DNA of 63,798 bases, filler included, from Octopus bimaculoides (GCF_001194135.2; 8 parts of 7 records of this genome joined end to end with filler, not necessarily neighbours in it); one strand, 5' to 3'; positions 50,907 to 63,798 are shown, counted from the whole stretch's first letter. Numbers and translations are program-made. Notes: generated from the sequence alone by a model not told the origin.

Positions 50907-51006
50907 NNNNNNNNNNNNNNNNNNNNNNNNNNNNNNNNNNNNNNNNNNNNTTAATTAATTAANNNNNNNNNNNNNNNNNNNNNNNNNNNNNNNNNNNNNN
51001 NNNNNN

Positions 51007-51232
51007 ACACCATTTCGAGCGTGGCCGTTTTCGTGCGGGTGACACGTAAAAGCACCCACTACACTCTCTGAGTGGTTGGCGTTAGGAAGGGCATCCAGCT
51101 GTAGAAACTCTGCCAAATTAGACTGGAGCCTGGTGTTGCCATCCTGTTTCACCAGTCCTCAGTCAAATCGTCCAACCCATGCTAGCATGGAAAGCGGACG
51201 TTAAACGATGATGATGATGATGATGATGATGA
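51007..51232 (+). mobile_element. SINE 3' part with RTE-like (GAT)n tail (family E)
   Basis: ggttggcgttaggaagggcatccagc...acccatgctagcatggaaagcggacgttaaacgatgatgat. Shares the gacacgtaaaagcaccca unit with 44530-44610. Confidence 0.7.
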
Positions 51233-51742
51233 TATATATATATAATGAAATTAATATGTTCCGTAATTCTTAATCAATTGTGAATTCATTCTTAAATACG
51301 ACGCTTCCATGTAGGATGTCGAAGGAAAAGCAGCCTAGCAGAGCGCATTCCACACTAGGCTACAGATTTAGAGTAAGTGAAGTGTTACAACTCAGACGAG
51401 AATCGAACCTGTTGACACAGCTTACCAGAATCTTAGTGCTGTTCTCTGACGCTCACACCATATTAAACACCAGAAAATCAATAAATGTCACATTGTTTTC
51501 AGAATCGTGGCCTCCCAATTTTTAAACGCAGAGTCTCAAATTAACTATTTTCAGAAATTAAGAACAAAAAAATTTGGAGTGGGAGAAAATTAAAAACTCA
51601 TAAAACATGTAATCTCCAGTGTTGATAGTATAGAGATACAAAAAAAAAAATTGAAAAAACAAACAATAAGAATAAAGGGTACAGTGCCCATTCAATATGT
51701 CTGGACATTGCCATAGCCTTCATATTTCCACTTTTAATTGTT

Positions 51743-52301
51743 CTTGTTGTTGTTGGCATCCTTTTTGTCTCAGGAGACAATGGAGTTGCGCATAAAATAA
51801 TCTAGTCCGCTTTTTACATTTCATGTCCTAATACCTCTCCTGCTGTGGTTGTGTAGTCCTATCCGGGACAAACACTCCCTCTGGCAGGTGCCGCAAATGT
51901 AGCGAAGACTTTGCCTGGCTGGTTGTAATGTCATAGTTTCTTGTTGACGTCTTTTCTTGTCTTTCCACTTCTCCTCTCTCCCTCTGTCACTCCTTTGTGT
52001 TCCCTCTTCTATGGTGCGTCGCCAATCTCCACAGTTGCTGGCAACCGCTTCCCAGTTGCTAATATTGATGTCGCAGGCCTTCATATCCCTTTTGCAAACA
52101 TCCTTGTATCGTAAGAACGGCCTTCCCACAGACCTTAGTGCCCCTAGCAAGCTCTCCATAGAGTATGTCCTTCAGAATTCTGCCATCTCCCATACGACTA
52201 ACATGTCCATGCCATCTCATACGTCTTTGTGTGAGGAGTGCAAATATGCTTGGCATTCCTGCTTGCTTGAGGACATCTTTGTTGGGGACACGATTCTGCC
52301 A
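51743..52301 (-). mobile_element. 5'-truncated RTE-clade LINE with 11-bp TSD
   Basis: WQNRVPNKDVLKQAGMPSIFALLTQRRMRWHGHVSRMGDGRILKDILYGEL, frameshift, then GRPFLRYKDVCKRD and a C2H2 finger CGTCQRECLSRIGLHNHSR. (CAA)n tail. TTTTAATTGTT at 51732-51742 and 52302-52312. Confidence 0.92.
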
Positions 52302-52789
52302 TTTTAATTGTTATAACAGATCAAATAAGCATCTCTTCATGGCATGTTAACTTCATTTGCAAAGGGAAGTAATACTTTTCAGTTTGGAGACTTAGCCATA
52401 TTTTGAAGTATTTGGCTTAAGATGGTCTCTTGCCGATATCTGTTAAAGTTGGTGCAACCCTGTTATTTTCAAGACTGGTACATTATTATATACATCCCCT
52501 ATACATATGCTCAGTTGCATCACAGCTGATGTTCTGATCGATGTAGGAAAAAGTAACTTTCTGTCTGTTATACAATTTTTTATCCTTTAGCCAGGAGGGA
52601 AGCCAATGCCCATGACCCCTTACAGGGCCTCTGACACTTGAGGGAGAAAGGAAAGAAAGTATCCTTAAACCAGTAACAATAAGTCCACCACTTAAGTGAC
52701 CCTTACCAGGATTTGAACTGTGAATGCACAGAGACAGAAAAGATACTGCAAGGCATCCTGTTCTAAACTCTAACAATTTCTCAGCAGAG

Positions 52790-53190
52790 AAGAGCTCAGT
52801 GACAGGGAGCATTGTCATCATGAAGATTCCAATTTTTTGCATTCCACAGATCTGGTTGCTTTCACCAAATGACCTCGCTTAAATGCTTCAAAACGTCACA
52901 GTAGAACTTTTAATTGACAGTCTAGCCCTGGGGCACGAATTCTCAATGCACAATACCACAGATATTGAAAAAAAATAATGAGTATGTTCCTGATTGAGCT
53001 GCAGCTCTGTTATGCCTTCTTCGGTCATGGAAATGAAAAGCTCTTCCATTGTGATGACTGCTGCTTCATCTCAGGGTCATACCTGTAGATCCAACTCACA
53101 TCACCAGTGATGATCCTCAACATGCAGGATGGGTCATCAGCAGCATGCAGATGGAGATCTTGACAGATTTTGATTTTATTCAACATATTC
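52790..53190 (-). mobile_element. Mariner transposase catalytic fragment
   Basis: DDPSCMLRIITGDVSWIYRYDPEMKQQSSQWK and LHDDNAPCH. Confidence 0.85.
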
Positions 53191-53576
53191 CCCTCTCAGC
53201 TTCACACATTTATGGCATCGGTCCTTCAGTTTTCCTAAGCTCTGTAAAAGAACTCAGAAGGTTGGGCCTCCAACCAAGCCTTTCGCGATATCCTAAAGGC
53301 CAGGATCTTTTCAGCACCCTCTCAGATGTTAAATTTCTCATTTAATTTGCTATCAATTCAGACCTAGTTTATATTATTCATGATATAAACATCTCTCACA
53401 ATCCATTCATCTATAAATCTCATCAATTTGATCACTTATAAATTCAAAACAGAAAAAATGTACATAGCACATAGACAATTAAAAAATAATTTCCAAGTAA
53501 ACACTGAGTGAAAAGTGAGTATTCCATTCACTATTTACTATTTCATTCATACAATATTTAATGGTAGCCTACTTAC

Positions 53577-53628
53577 CTTACATCAAAAATGTTAATGTCC
53601 TTAGCATTAGTAGTTTTCCAGGATATCC
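53577..53628 (-). CDS. Candidate 52-nt internal exon of an unidentified gene
   Basis: Strong pyrimidine tract tttctctttcattctttctcttataacag and donor AAG|gtaagt. One open frame, xISWKTTNAKDINIFDVx. Protein not recognised. Confidence 0.45.
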
Positions 53629-53884
53629 CTGTTATAAGAGAAAGAATGAAAGAGAAACTAAGACAAGATCTTGGTACAAGAAAGTTACATTTGAGGAGAA
53701 ATATAAATTTAAAAAAGCCCTAACTCTTAACCCACCTGATTTGATCTTCAAAAATTGTCTTTTAAATTATTACCATTTTCTCTATCTAGGAAAGAAGGTG
53801 ATAGGGTGATCCCTTCTTTTATTCTTTCTAATATTATTCTTAGAGACCAAGTGATGATATCAATATTCTTTTATTCTTTTATTT

Positions 53885-54075
53885 TTTTACTTGTTTCAGT
53901 CATCTGACTGCGGCCATGCGGGAGCACTGCCTTATAGGGTTTTTTTAGTCGAGTAACTCGACCCCCAGGCCTTATTCTTTGTAAGCCTAGTACTTATTTT
54001 ATCGGGCCCTTTGCTGAACCGCTAAGTCATGGGAACATAAACACACCAACATTGGTTGTCAAGCAATGGTGTGGG
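53885..54075 (-). mobile_element. Family B SINE 3' half
   Basis: ttgtttcagtcatctgactgcggccatgc...aacacaccaacattggttgtcaag. Confidence 0.85.
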
Positions 54076-54914
54076 ATATATATATGTATGAACATATGGG
54101 TATACATGTGCATGTGTTTTTGCATATGTGTACATATGTGTGTGCATGCATGTGTATATGTGTGTATGCATGTATATGTATATGCATGTATATGTATATG
54201 CATGTATATGTGCATATATGTAGATATGTGTGTACTGTACATGTATGAGTGTATGTATATATGTATATATATGTAGATATGTGTGTACTGTATGTGTATG
54301 CGTGTAAAGCAAACTTATTGGCATTAACAGTGAAGTTATTGTTACTACAGTTAATGCCAGGAGCATCAAAAAGTTATTTGAAATAATTATACAGTAAAGA
54401 ATGTACAACATATTTAGTATTCTGTGTTTAAAGCCAACTTATAATTAGTGGCTAAGGTAATATTAACATATTCAATGCAGTAAGCATCTAAGCTAAGGCA
54501 AAATAATTATGCAGTAAGGTATAATCAATGCTGTCTTTTATTTCTGCAAATACGAGACCACTCTAGGCATGCTTCCGTCTTACTGTGACCTCAACAGCAA
54601 AGCACAGACTTTATCATACTAACCAAAGTAGAAATGAGAGAATCACTAAGTAAATATACAAGAATAACCAATAATTAAGATAGAAGACTAGAATTGTTTA
54701 AGGAATAAATTACTCAATATCATTATGCTTGGAAAGCATAACAATGTAACACATAATTTCCAAGATATGTGGAATGTCTGTTATCATGCTCTGTATAAGT
54801 TGTATCAAGAGATGATAATGCAAATAGATTGTGGTATCTTACTCTGTACAGTAAAGACTAAATTGTCAGATCAAATGCATAACCAATACATTTTGGAGGA
54901 TTATTTCATACAAA

Positions 54915-55323
54915 TAGGCACAGGAGTGGCTCTGTGGTAAGTAGCTTTCTTACCAACCACATGGTTCCGGGTTCAGTCCCACTGCGTGGCACCTTAGGCA
55001 AGTGTCTCCTACTATAGCCTCGGGCCGATCAAAGCCTTGTGGGTGGACTTGGTAGACGGAAACTGAAAGAAGCCCACCGTACATATATATGTATGCATAT
55101 ATATGTATGTGTGTGTATATGTTTGTGTGTCAGTGTTTGTCCCCTAACATTGCTTGACAACCGATGCTTGTGTGTTTACGTCCCCGTAACTTAGCGAATC
55201 GGCAAAAGAGACCGATAGAATAAGTACTAGGCTTACAAAGAATAAGTCCTGGGGTCGATTTCTTCAACTAAAGGCAGTGCTCCAGCATGGCCACAGTCAA
55301 ATGACTGAAACAAGTGAAAGAGT
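54915..55323 (+). mobile_element. Family B SINE, full length
   Basis: All blocks present. Confidence 0.92.
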
Positions 55324-55488
55324 GAGAGAACAGAGGTTTCAGAATAAATTTAGTTTTATGAAATATTTCAACAATCTCTGAATGTGTGTTTGTGGTGGGG
55401 AACATATTTATAAACAGACAATTTCATAAAAATATTGTGAGAATATGTTTGACAATAATTATTTTGTAAATATATATGCAGTAAGTAC

Positions 55489-55572
55489 ATGTAGAGATGA
55501 GCATGCAAAAGAAAAAGGTCAGCCAGCTGTGGTATATGAGTCACCAATACATCTTCTACATGGTTGCTTGAT
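55489..55572 (-). CDS. Candidate exon of an unidentified gene
   Basis: Acceptor tttactgtttttaacag, open frame (R)SSNHVEDVLVTHIPQLADLFLLHAHLY. Donor is weak (AT|gtactt). Confidence 0.25.
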
Positions 55573-56044
55573 CTGTTAAAAACAGTAAACAAATTTCCTA
55601 AAATGCCATAAGCCAAGAAAGCAGCCTCTATGTGGCTAGAGACAGCAAGTTAAATTTCTGTCAAATCCCACAAGCCAATGAGATACCTGCTACATGGTCT
55701 TTTGACTTGTTAGAAATAGCACCCAAATTTCTCACAAATTGCATCCTGCAGATTTAATAAAGGACAAAATGCATTAAATAATATAATCCTATATAGCACT
55801 AAAACAGATGGGTAGGGCATAATTGGATCTAGGTTAACCGGAGATCTAAACAATAACTAGTCAATCCAAAGCCAAAGTAGAAGCCAGTGTGTTGGCAAAG
55901 ATAAACTTCCTAATCATACAACTTATTATACTTATCATTTTTTTTTTTTTGTAAATTTCTTCCCCAACATTCCTTTTTCACTTTTCTTGCATGCAAGTTA
56001 AATTCTTACAGAGACAACAAATTAAACCAGATGGGTGCAGCAAA

Positions 56045-56214
56045 TATAATAATCTTTCTACTATATGCACAAGGACTAAAATTTTGTTGGGGGGGGGGAG
56101 TCAATTAAACTGATCCCAGTGCTCAACTGGTACTTATTTTATCGACCCCCAAAAGGATAAAAGGCACAGTTGACTTTGGGAGAATTTGAACTCAGATGAA
56201 ATGCTGCTAAGCAT
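56045..56214 (-). mobile_element. Family A SINE, cut by a gap
   Basis: ttttatcgaccccc..ggataaaaggc..gaatttgaactcaga. Confidence 0.8.
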
Positions 56215-56859
56215 NNNNNNNNNNNNNNNNNNNNNNNNNNNNNNNNNNNNNNNNNNNNTTAATTAATTAANNNNNNNNNNNNNNNNNNNNNNNNNNNNNN
56301 NNNNNNNNNNNNNNTAGGGGATCATTAACTAGATTCCTTAAGGGTCGTTCTCACAGTTTATATTTATATTATAAGGTTTTTAACTTTTAAATTTTCATAT
56401 TCAAAAGAGACAGAGACTTCAAACTCGATATATCGATTTATTCACCACTCTATGTTAACATTTCTGTGCCAAACGTATCCAGTGACTGGTCCATTGGATT
56501 TTGACATTTGGCACTTCTTCAGGAGTCGTTACCATCGGAACAAAACACGAAAAAACACATACATAACGATCATTAAATTATTAAAATCCCGTTAGATTTC
56601 ATCTTTCTGTTTATATATATATATATATATAGCAATAAGAAAATGGAGGGGAATATGTGGTTTTCATCAACTTGCAGACATTGTATTATGTCAATTGACT
56701 TGTTTATTTTTCAACTAAGAGGACAATAAAAACAATATACAAACACATGCGACATATTATATCATATCAGTAATTAAAAAGAACATCTAGTGACTGAAGA
56801 TGGGACAATGTCTTACAGCTGTTTCAGTCTAGTGGTGACATGCCTCATTCTATCTGTAT

Positions 56860-57040
56860 CTGTATTTTTTCCACTACCATCGCTTGACAACCGATGTTGG
56901 TGTGTTTACGTCTAGGTAGTTTAGCAATTCGGCAAAAAAAGTACTAGGCTTAGAAAGAATGTCCTGCGGCGTATTTGTTCAGCTAAAGGCGATGCTCTAG
57001 TGTGGCCGCAGTCAAATGATTTAAACAAAAGAATGAATAA
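56860..57040 (+). mobile_element. Family B SINE 3' half
   Basis: cgcttgacaaccgatgttggtgtgtttacgtc...ggccgcagtcaaatga. A similar 3' fragment lies at 48928-49012. Confidence 0.8.
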
Positions 57041-57081
57041 AAGACTATATATAAATAGATATGTATATGTATGTAATGTAT

Positions 57082-57113
<32 letters not shown>

Positions 57114-57135
57114 GTATACATTACATACATATACA

Positions 57136-57245
<110 letters not shown>

Positions 57246-58254
57246 CTCACATAACTTCACATGTGAATCCATTCTTACACTACTTTCCAGTACTCTGAAA
57301 ACTACGTGATGAATGTATCGCTGAAAATATCCAATAACGGAAGTAGTATATTTGTGAGATAGTGAGACCGAAGAGAAAGAGAGGGAGAGAAAGAGAGAGA
57401 TAGAGACAGACAGACAGAGAGACAGACAGAGAGACAGACAGACAGTAGCAGAAAGGGACACAGAAATGCAGAGAGAGAACGAGGCAACCGCCTGACAATG
57501 TTGATAAGATGTGCAGTTATCAAGCGAGATTATTAAGGTTTCGCATGTTATCGCTAATACTGCATTAGATTTGTGCTGGTTTAATATAGCTGCTCTCATA
57601 ATTGGTGTAGTGAGGCGAAAAATTATCTTAATTAGTTAAAATCGTACCCATAATTGTCAGAAATAATAATTATCTTTAATTTCGATTCCGGCCAACCCAA
57701 GAATTTAATTTAATTTAAATCAATTATGGATGGAATACAGCAAAAAGTTATTTTAATATTTTGCAATATGGCGATTTTCTATCTTCGAAACCCCCTGGGG
57801 AGAAATCAATGCCCATAGCTGGGCACTGAAAAACTGATGAGTGCTTCGTTATCGTAGCGAAGGTACCATGGCTTAGTGGTTAGGGCGTTCGGCTCATGAT
57901 CATAAGGTAGGTGTTTCAGCTCTGCCTGCAGGAAACGCGATGGATCCTTCACGAGTGCACTTCATTTCACGTTAATGCAAAGTACATACATGTAAATGAG
58001 CACCAACCAGAAACTGATGCTTTCTCCCTTTCTCTCTTCTCTCTCTCTCTCTTGTCCTCTCTCTCTCTCACACACACACCATTCAACTGTCTGTATGTGC
58101 TACTGAGTCAAGGGTTATAAGATCATGAATGTCTCTTGGCTTGTTTACACCTACACAGGCACCTCGAAAAATTAGCGAAAGCATAAAACATACAACCCAT
58201 CCCAGTTGCTTGCGAGTGACGGCTGGTTGTACTCTGCTTCTGGTTGTACATAGC

Positions 58255-58443
58255 TAGCAATTTCTGAAGTAGGGTGGGGGAGTCGATTACATCAACCTCA
58301 GTATTCAACTGGTACTTATTTTATCGACCCCAAAAGGATGAAAAGTTAAGTCGACCCCGGCGGCATTTGAACTCAGAACGTAACGTCGGAAGAAATGCCG
58401 CTAAGCATTTTTTCCGACGCGGAAACGATTCTACCAGCTCACC
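58255..58443 (-). mobile_element. Family A SINE
   Basis: Full central domain and head. Confidence 0.85.
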
Positions 58444-59364
58444 ACTTTAGCCTTTAGTTATATATTATTCTTACTTTGTTTAATTTCTTTAATTACCATT
58501 CGAGGTATATGTGCCGCCGTAGCTGTGTGGTAAAAAGTTTACTTCTTGATCACATGGTTCCAAATGTAGAATTTATCTCAGAATAACGTGAAATGGTAAC
58601 GTTTTACTCGAGAACATAACGCGCCACCCGGTCCATAAATCGAAAGCAAGACCTAGGAATTGTGGTTGCAGCACCTTAACCACCAGGCTACGTATCTTCA
58701 CCAGACCTTACATAAGTAGAATTTAACTCTCACAATATTCTCAGTCCACCTCCTTTAACTTTTCACCCAGTCAACCCTTCACTCACTCAATTCAGTCGAC
58801 TATACCGTTAATTCTAAGGCTGCAATTCTGGTCAAGCATTGTATGGTGTCTCGTGAGTGTAACAATCTGATACGAAACCAGTATTCTGTACTAGATTTAT
58901 ATTTGATCTAGCAACGAATGGTGTCACACAAACGGTGTTGTTGTTACGGTTACCGCTAGTGGTACTATTTATTTTGGTGTCGTAAGTGATATTGTTACTA
59001 TTTCTGTTGTTATTCTTAATGTTATTGCCACTCTTTTAGTTATTATAGACAGTATTATTGCTGCTATATCTAATGTTATGGTTATCAATAATCAATTAAT
59101 AGCTACAGAAGCTGTATTAGCACCAAAACTTAATATTGATGTACAAAGGACTCATAAGGGCTCATGAGGCATAAAATTACTCGTCATAACAAGAATCGTG
59201 TGCTACAGCCGCAGAACTGTCACATCACGCAATTTCACCCTGCTAGGGTTTCCTCAGTGACAGATGTACTCACTAAAGTACATAATGCAACACTTCTGTT
59301 CATCAATTAAAAACACGTCGAAAACAGTTGTAGTGAACTGCTATACATCTGTTGTTATTGTGTG

Positions 59365-59421
<57 letters not shown>

Positions 59422-59558
59422 NNNNNNNNNNNNNNNNNNNNNNNNNNNNNNNNNNNNNNNNNNNNTTAATTAATTAANNNNNNNNNNNNNNNNNNNNNNN
59501 NNNNNNNNNNNNNNNNNNNNNTATATATATATATATGTGTGTGTGTGTGTATATAATG

Positions 59559-59590
<32 letters not shown>

Positions 59591-62281
59591 CATGTGTCAT
59601 TATATGTATTTACAAAGATAGAATTTATATAGTGAGTGAGATTTCAATGTTATAGTTTGTATAGTTTCTGAAGCCGGTATTAGCATTCAAATTTATAGTT
59701 CGTGGCTGGTTTTCGAGACTGTTATATTATTCCGTCTCCGCTGATGTATGTAAAGATTGCTGAAACCTTTCCGAATATAGTTTGACCTAATTCTTACAAA
59801 TTTCCCAGATGAGTATCTTGTACATCACGTGTATCATTTCATATGCACACGAACCCAAATACATAATTAGGTGTATATCTGCATGTGTGCATATCTATAC
59901 CTGCATATATATATATATATATANNNNNNNNNNNNNNNNNNNNNNNNNNNCTTATGGGTGTGCGTGTGTGTGTGAGAAAGAGAGGGAGAGATTATGCGTG
60001 CGTGTGCGGCCAATTCCTTTCAACTTCCATTGAGATTTAAGCGTATCAACTTGGCGATCTACTTTACTTTTCAACGCATGAATACCTCAGTCACTCATCT
60101 CTCAATCACGCTTTCACGATGATCGCCTTCTAAAAAAGCAACCGATCCAACACCAAGCTTGATTGCTTGCAGTGATTCTTCTACATTTATCGGGTCATCT
60201 TCTCTGTCTATTACGTTCCCTTTGCCGTCTGTATATCCGCGACCCAGACTTTGAGATTCCAAAACAATAGATGGCCGTCTCTCCACCGGACTAGGATAAC
60301 CCAGCCTATCGTAACAGTCGCCGCCCTAAACAGAGTCTGACAAATTGACTGCATCTCTGCAATTCCATCCTTCACACGACCCACACATATCACAGCTTCT
60401 GCCATGTCTTTTCCATCACTCTACCCTACCGTTTTTATATCCCAACAAGCACGAGAGGATGATGATGAAATCTCGACATGTGAACACCTTACAAAAATGC
60501 ATATTTAACCGACATATCTTATTTTTTTATAAAATTTACATTGCTATTTCTTCACCTAGTTTTATTCCTCTCTTACATTCAGGGGAATCTCTTGATGATT
60601 TATATATGTATAACGTGGTAGTATTATTTCTTGATACCTTTAAAATACGATATTTCGCGCACTTCATTTGAATCATGTATCTTAGAATACATAGCCACTT
60701 GATATAAAAGGTAAATATAATAATAACATTTTTTCCTTTTATTTAAAGGCGTCTTCCTTTAAAATATTATACTATAGATATTATCTTCGTTTAGCCAAAG
60801 TCATTCAATTCTGTCATTATATCGTACATCACTCTTAATTATTCTACTGGGGCAGTTTTAAATTATTCCCATAAGACAATTAGAATCTATCTTATAAAGC
60901 AATTTATCTAATATTATATTATATATTTTTCCGGCTCATTATCTATTTGTACAATTTTTATTATCGAAAAGAATCCCATAAATATATGCACTCATATCTT
61001 CGCTTAAATCCGCCTTACCAATCGCCAATATTGTAGTCGCTTCTTCTGCATTCCCGAAGAGCCACATTTAATAATAGAAATTATTTTCCTTTCCAATTAT
61101 ATTTAATAACTTAGTATTACTAAAACAATTCTCCCCATTTATTCCATTATGGATTAATCCAGTTAGCAACATTTAATCATGCTCCGTTGTAATCGCCCTC
61201 AACGGTACCTGACTACAATATTTAAATTATCTCGCTTGCTATTTCATAAATTCCATTCCAATATTACCAGGCTTTCTTAAATCATTGCTTTCAAATTTCT
61301 ATCGTCGATCCTTCACATTTACATTAGTGGCGTACTTTCGTGTAGTACATACGCACACAAAAGTGTATATATATGAGCGTGTGTGCTTGTGTGTGTGCCT
61401 GTGTGCGTGTAAGTCTATAGGCATTTATGTTTATGCAACAGAGACATGTATGTAAAATATATATAGATATGTATATATGTGTAATGCCTNNNNNNNNNNN
61501 NNNNNNNNNNNNNNNNNNNNNNNNNNNNNNNNNNNNNNNNNNNNNNNNNNNNNNNNNNNNNNNNNNNNNNNNNNNNNNNNNNNNNNNNNNNNNNNNNNNN
61601 NNNNNNNNNNNNNNNNNNNNNNNNNNNNNNNNNNNNNNNNNNNNNNNNTATATATATGCATATATACATATACACATATATACTTCTGCATATATAAATA
61701 TATATGCATGTATGTATATATGTACACGTTATTAAATACCATATGAGTGTGTTGATGTTTGTGTTACTCTGTGTTTGTGTGCGTAATTGTGTATAGTTCG
61801 TGATGCATTTCTGTCATCCGTATTTCGTAATGATTATTAAACCAATATGTTCTAATGTGTTAGGAATAATAAGAAAGACAAGATCTTAAGACGCAGAAAG
61901 AAGTTTCGCTTAAACGTTAAGGTGTGATGTTAAGTAGACAAACCGGTCTGTCATATGTTATTAGAATAAGCCGGCTTCTTGAAAGATACCTAATAAAATT
62001 CCTAATGTCGACAATATGAAAGCATCAGCAAGAAATATACGCAGATATATTTTCTGTGTGTGTTTGTGTGTGTGTATGTATGTATGTATGTATGTATGTA
62101 TGTATGTATGTATGTATTTATATATGCATGTATGCATGTATGTACGTATGTATGTACATATATATGTATATATATATATATNNNNNNNNNNNNNNNNNNN
62201 NNNNNNNNNNNNNNNNNNNNNNNNNTTAATTAATTAANNNNNNNNNNNNNNNNNNNNNNNNNNNNNNNNNNNNNNNNNNNN

Positions 62282-63798
62282 CTCCAGGATTCTATATTTA
62301 TTATTCTTTTTGTTGCTTCTTCCAGGATTCAGTGTTTCTTATTATTTTTGTGACTTCCTCCAGGATTCTATATTTATTATGCTTTTTCTTGCTTCTTCCA
62401 GGATGCAATATTTATTATTATTTTTGTTGCAACTTCCAGGATTCAATATTACTTTTTCTTTTTGTTGCTTCTTCCTGTATTCAAAATTTATTATACTTTT
62501 TGCTACTTCCTCCAGGATTCTATATTTCTTATTCTTTTTGTTACTTCTTCCAGGATTCTATATTTGCTATTCTTTTTGTTACTTCCTCCAGGATTCTATA
62601 TTTATTATTCTTTTTGTTACTTCCTCCAGGATTCTATATTTCTTATTCTTTTTGTTACTTCCTCCAGGATTCTATATTTGTTATTCTTTTTCTTGCTTCT
62701 TTCAGGATTTAATATTTATTATTCTTTCTCTTGTTTCTTCCAGGATTCAATATTTCTTATCCTTTTTGTTACTTCTTCCACGATTCAACATTTCGTATTC
62801 TTTTTGTTACTTCCTCCAGGATTCTATATTAATTATACTTTTTCTTGCTTCTTCCAGGATTCAATATTTCTTATTCTTTTTGTTTCTTCCTACAAGATTG
62901 AATATTTCTTAGTGTTTTTGTTACTTGCTTCTTCCAGGATTCAATATGTCTTAATCTTTTTGTTGCAGTTACAAAAGGAATAAGAAATATTGAATCCTGG
63001 AAGAAGCAAGAAAAAGAATAAAAAGCATAGAATCCTGGAGGAAGTAACATAAAGAATAAGAAATATTGAATCCTGGCAGAAACAAGAAAAAGAATAACAA
63101 ATATTGAATGCTGGAAGTAGCAACAAAAATAATAATAAATATAGAAACCTGGAGGAAGTAACAAAAAGAATAAGAAATATTGAATCCTGGAAGAAGCAAC
63201 AAAAAGTATAACAAATATTGAATCCTGGAGGAAGAAGCAATAAGAATAATAAATATTGAATCCTGGATGAAGTAACACAAAGTATAATAAATATTGAATC
63301 CTTGCGGGAGTAACAAAAAGAATAATAAATATTGAATCCTGGAAGAAGCAACAAAAAGAATAATAAATATTGAACCCTGGAAGAAGCAAGAAAAAGTATA
63401 AGAAATATAGAATCCTGGAGGAAGGAACAAAATGAATAAGAAATATTGAATCCTGGAAGAAGTAACAAAAAGAATAAGAAATATAGAATCCAGGAGGATG
63501 TAACAAAAAGAATAATAAATATAGAATCCTGGAGNNNNNNNNNNCTGGAGGAAGTAACAAAAAAAATAATAAATATTGAATCCTGGAGGAAGCAAGAAAA
63601 AGAATAATAAATATTGAATCCTGGAATAAGTAACAAAAACAATAAGAAAAAAAGAATTCTGGAGGAAGTAACAAAATGAATAATAAATATAGAATCCTGG
63701 AGGAAGTAACAAAAAGAATAAGAAATATTGAATCATGGAAGAAGTAACAAAAAAGAATAAGAAATATTGAATCCTGGAAGAAGTAACAAAAAGAATAA
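62282..63798. repeat. 38-bp minisatellite/satellite array with an internal orientation switch at 62966/62967
   Basis: Unit CTTCYTCCAGGATTCWATATTTMTTATTCTTTTTGTTR (CAGG at 62551, 62589, 62627). The reverse-complement unit runs from 62967 to the window end. Confidence 0.95.

Noticed and set aside
57780-57870. GAAA ... CTGATGAG with nearby hairpins
   Set aside because: No UH cleavage triplet and no consistent stems I-III; not a hammerhead.
62282-62966. Regular short repeats as a possible CRISPR array
   Set aside because: Units are contiguous with no unique spacers, there are no cas genes, and the context is eukaryotic.
62310-63736. Six hydrophobic 126-267 aa ORFs resembling membrane proteins
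   Set aside because: All frames give the same 38-aa period because the 38-bp satellite unit is nearly stop-free on the T-rich strand.

Overview
AT-rich eukaryotic genomic DNA, very dense in microsatellites and SINEs. The SINE families and repeat load resemble a coleoid cephalopod, most likely Octopus (inference from recall, not a database hit). The window is not one locus: seven 100-bp spacers (N44-TTAATTAATTAA-N44) join eight scaffolds that are probably unrelated. The only confidently identified host gene is a fragment of exostosin-1 (EXT1/tout-velu), three minus-strand exons at 41795-42046, 39563-39661 and 38728-38817. Most of the rest is decayed mobile DNA: several tRNA-derived SINE families, mariner and Tc1 elements with TIRs, Penelope-like RT/GIY-YIG remnants, a 5'-truncated RTE LINE with an 11-bp TSD, a Helitron helicase end, a TTAA MITE, and a 38-bp satellite that flips orientation mid-array. 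The most interesting signal is a set of hammerhead ribozyme (HHR) motifs. (i) Two copies of a repeat (9218-9278 minus, 46543-46604 plus) carry a hammerhead whose three strands are in non-circularly permuted order, with a compensatory base change between the copies. (ii) A tRNA-headed SINE carries a minimal Penelope-type hammerhead and is present as a head-to-head palindrome inside an EXT1 intron. No rRNA, real tRNA gene or CRISPR array was seen. Almost all ORFs in the supplied track are translations of microsatellites or N gaps.
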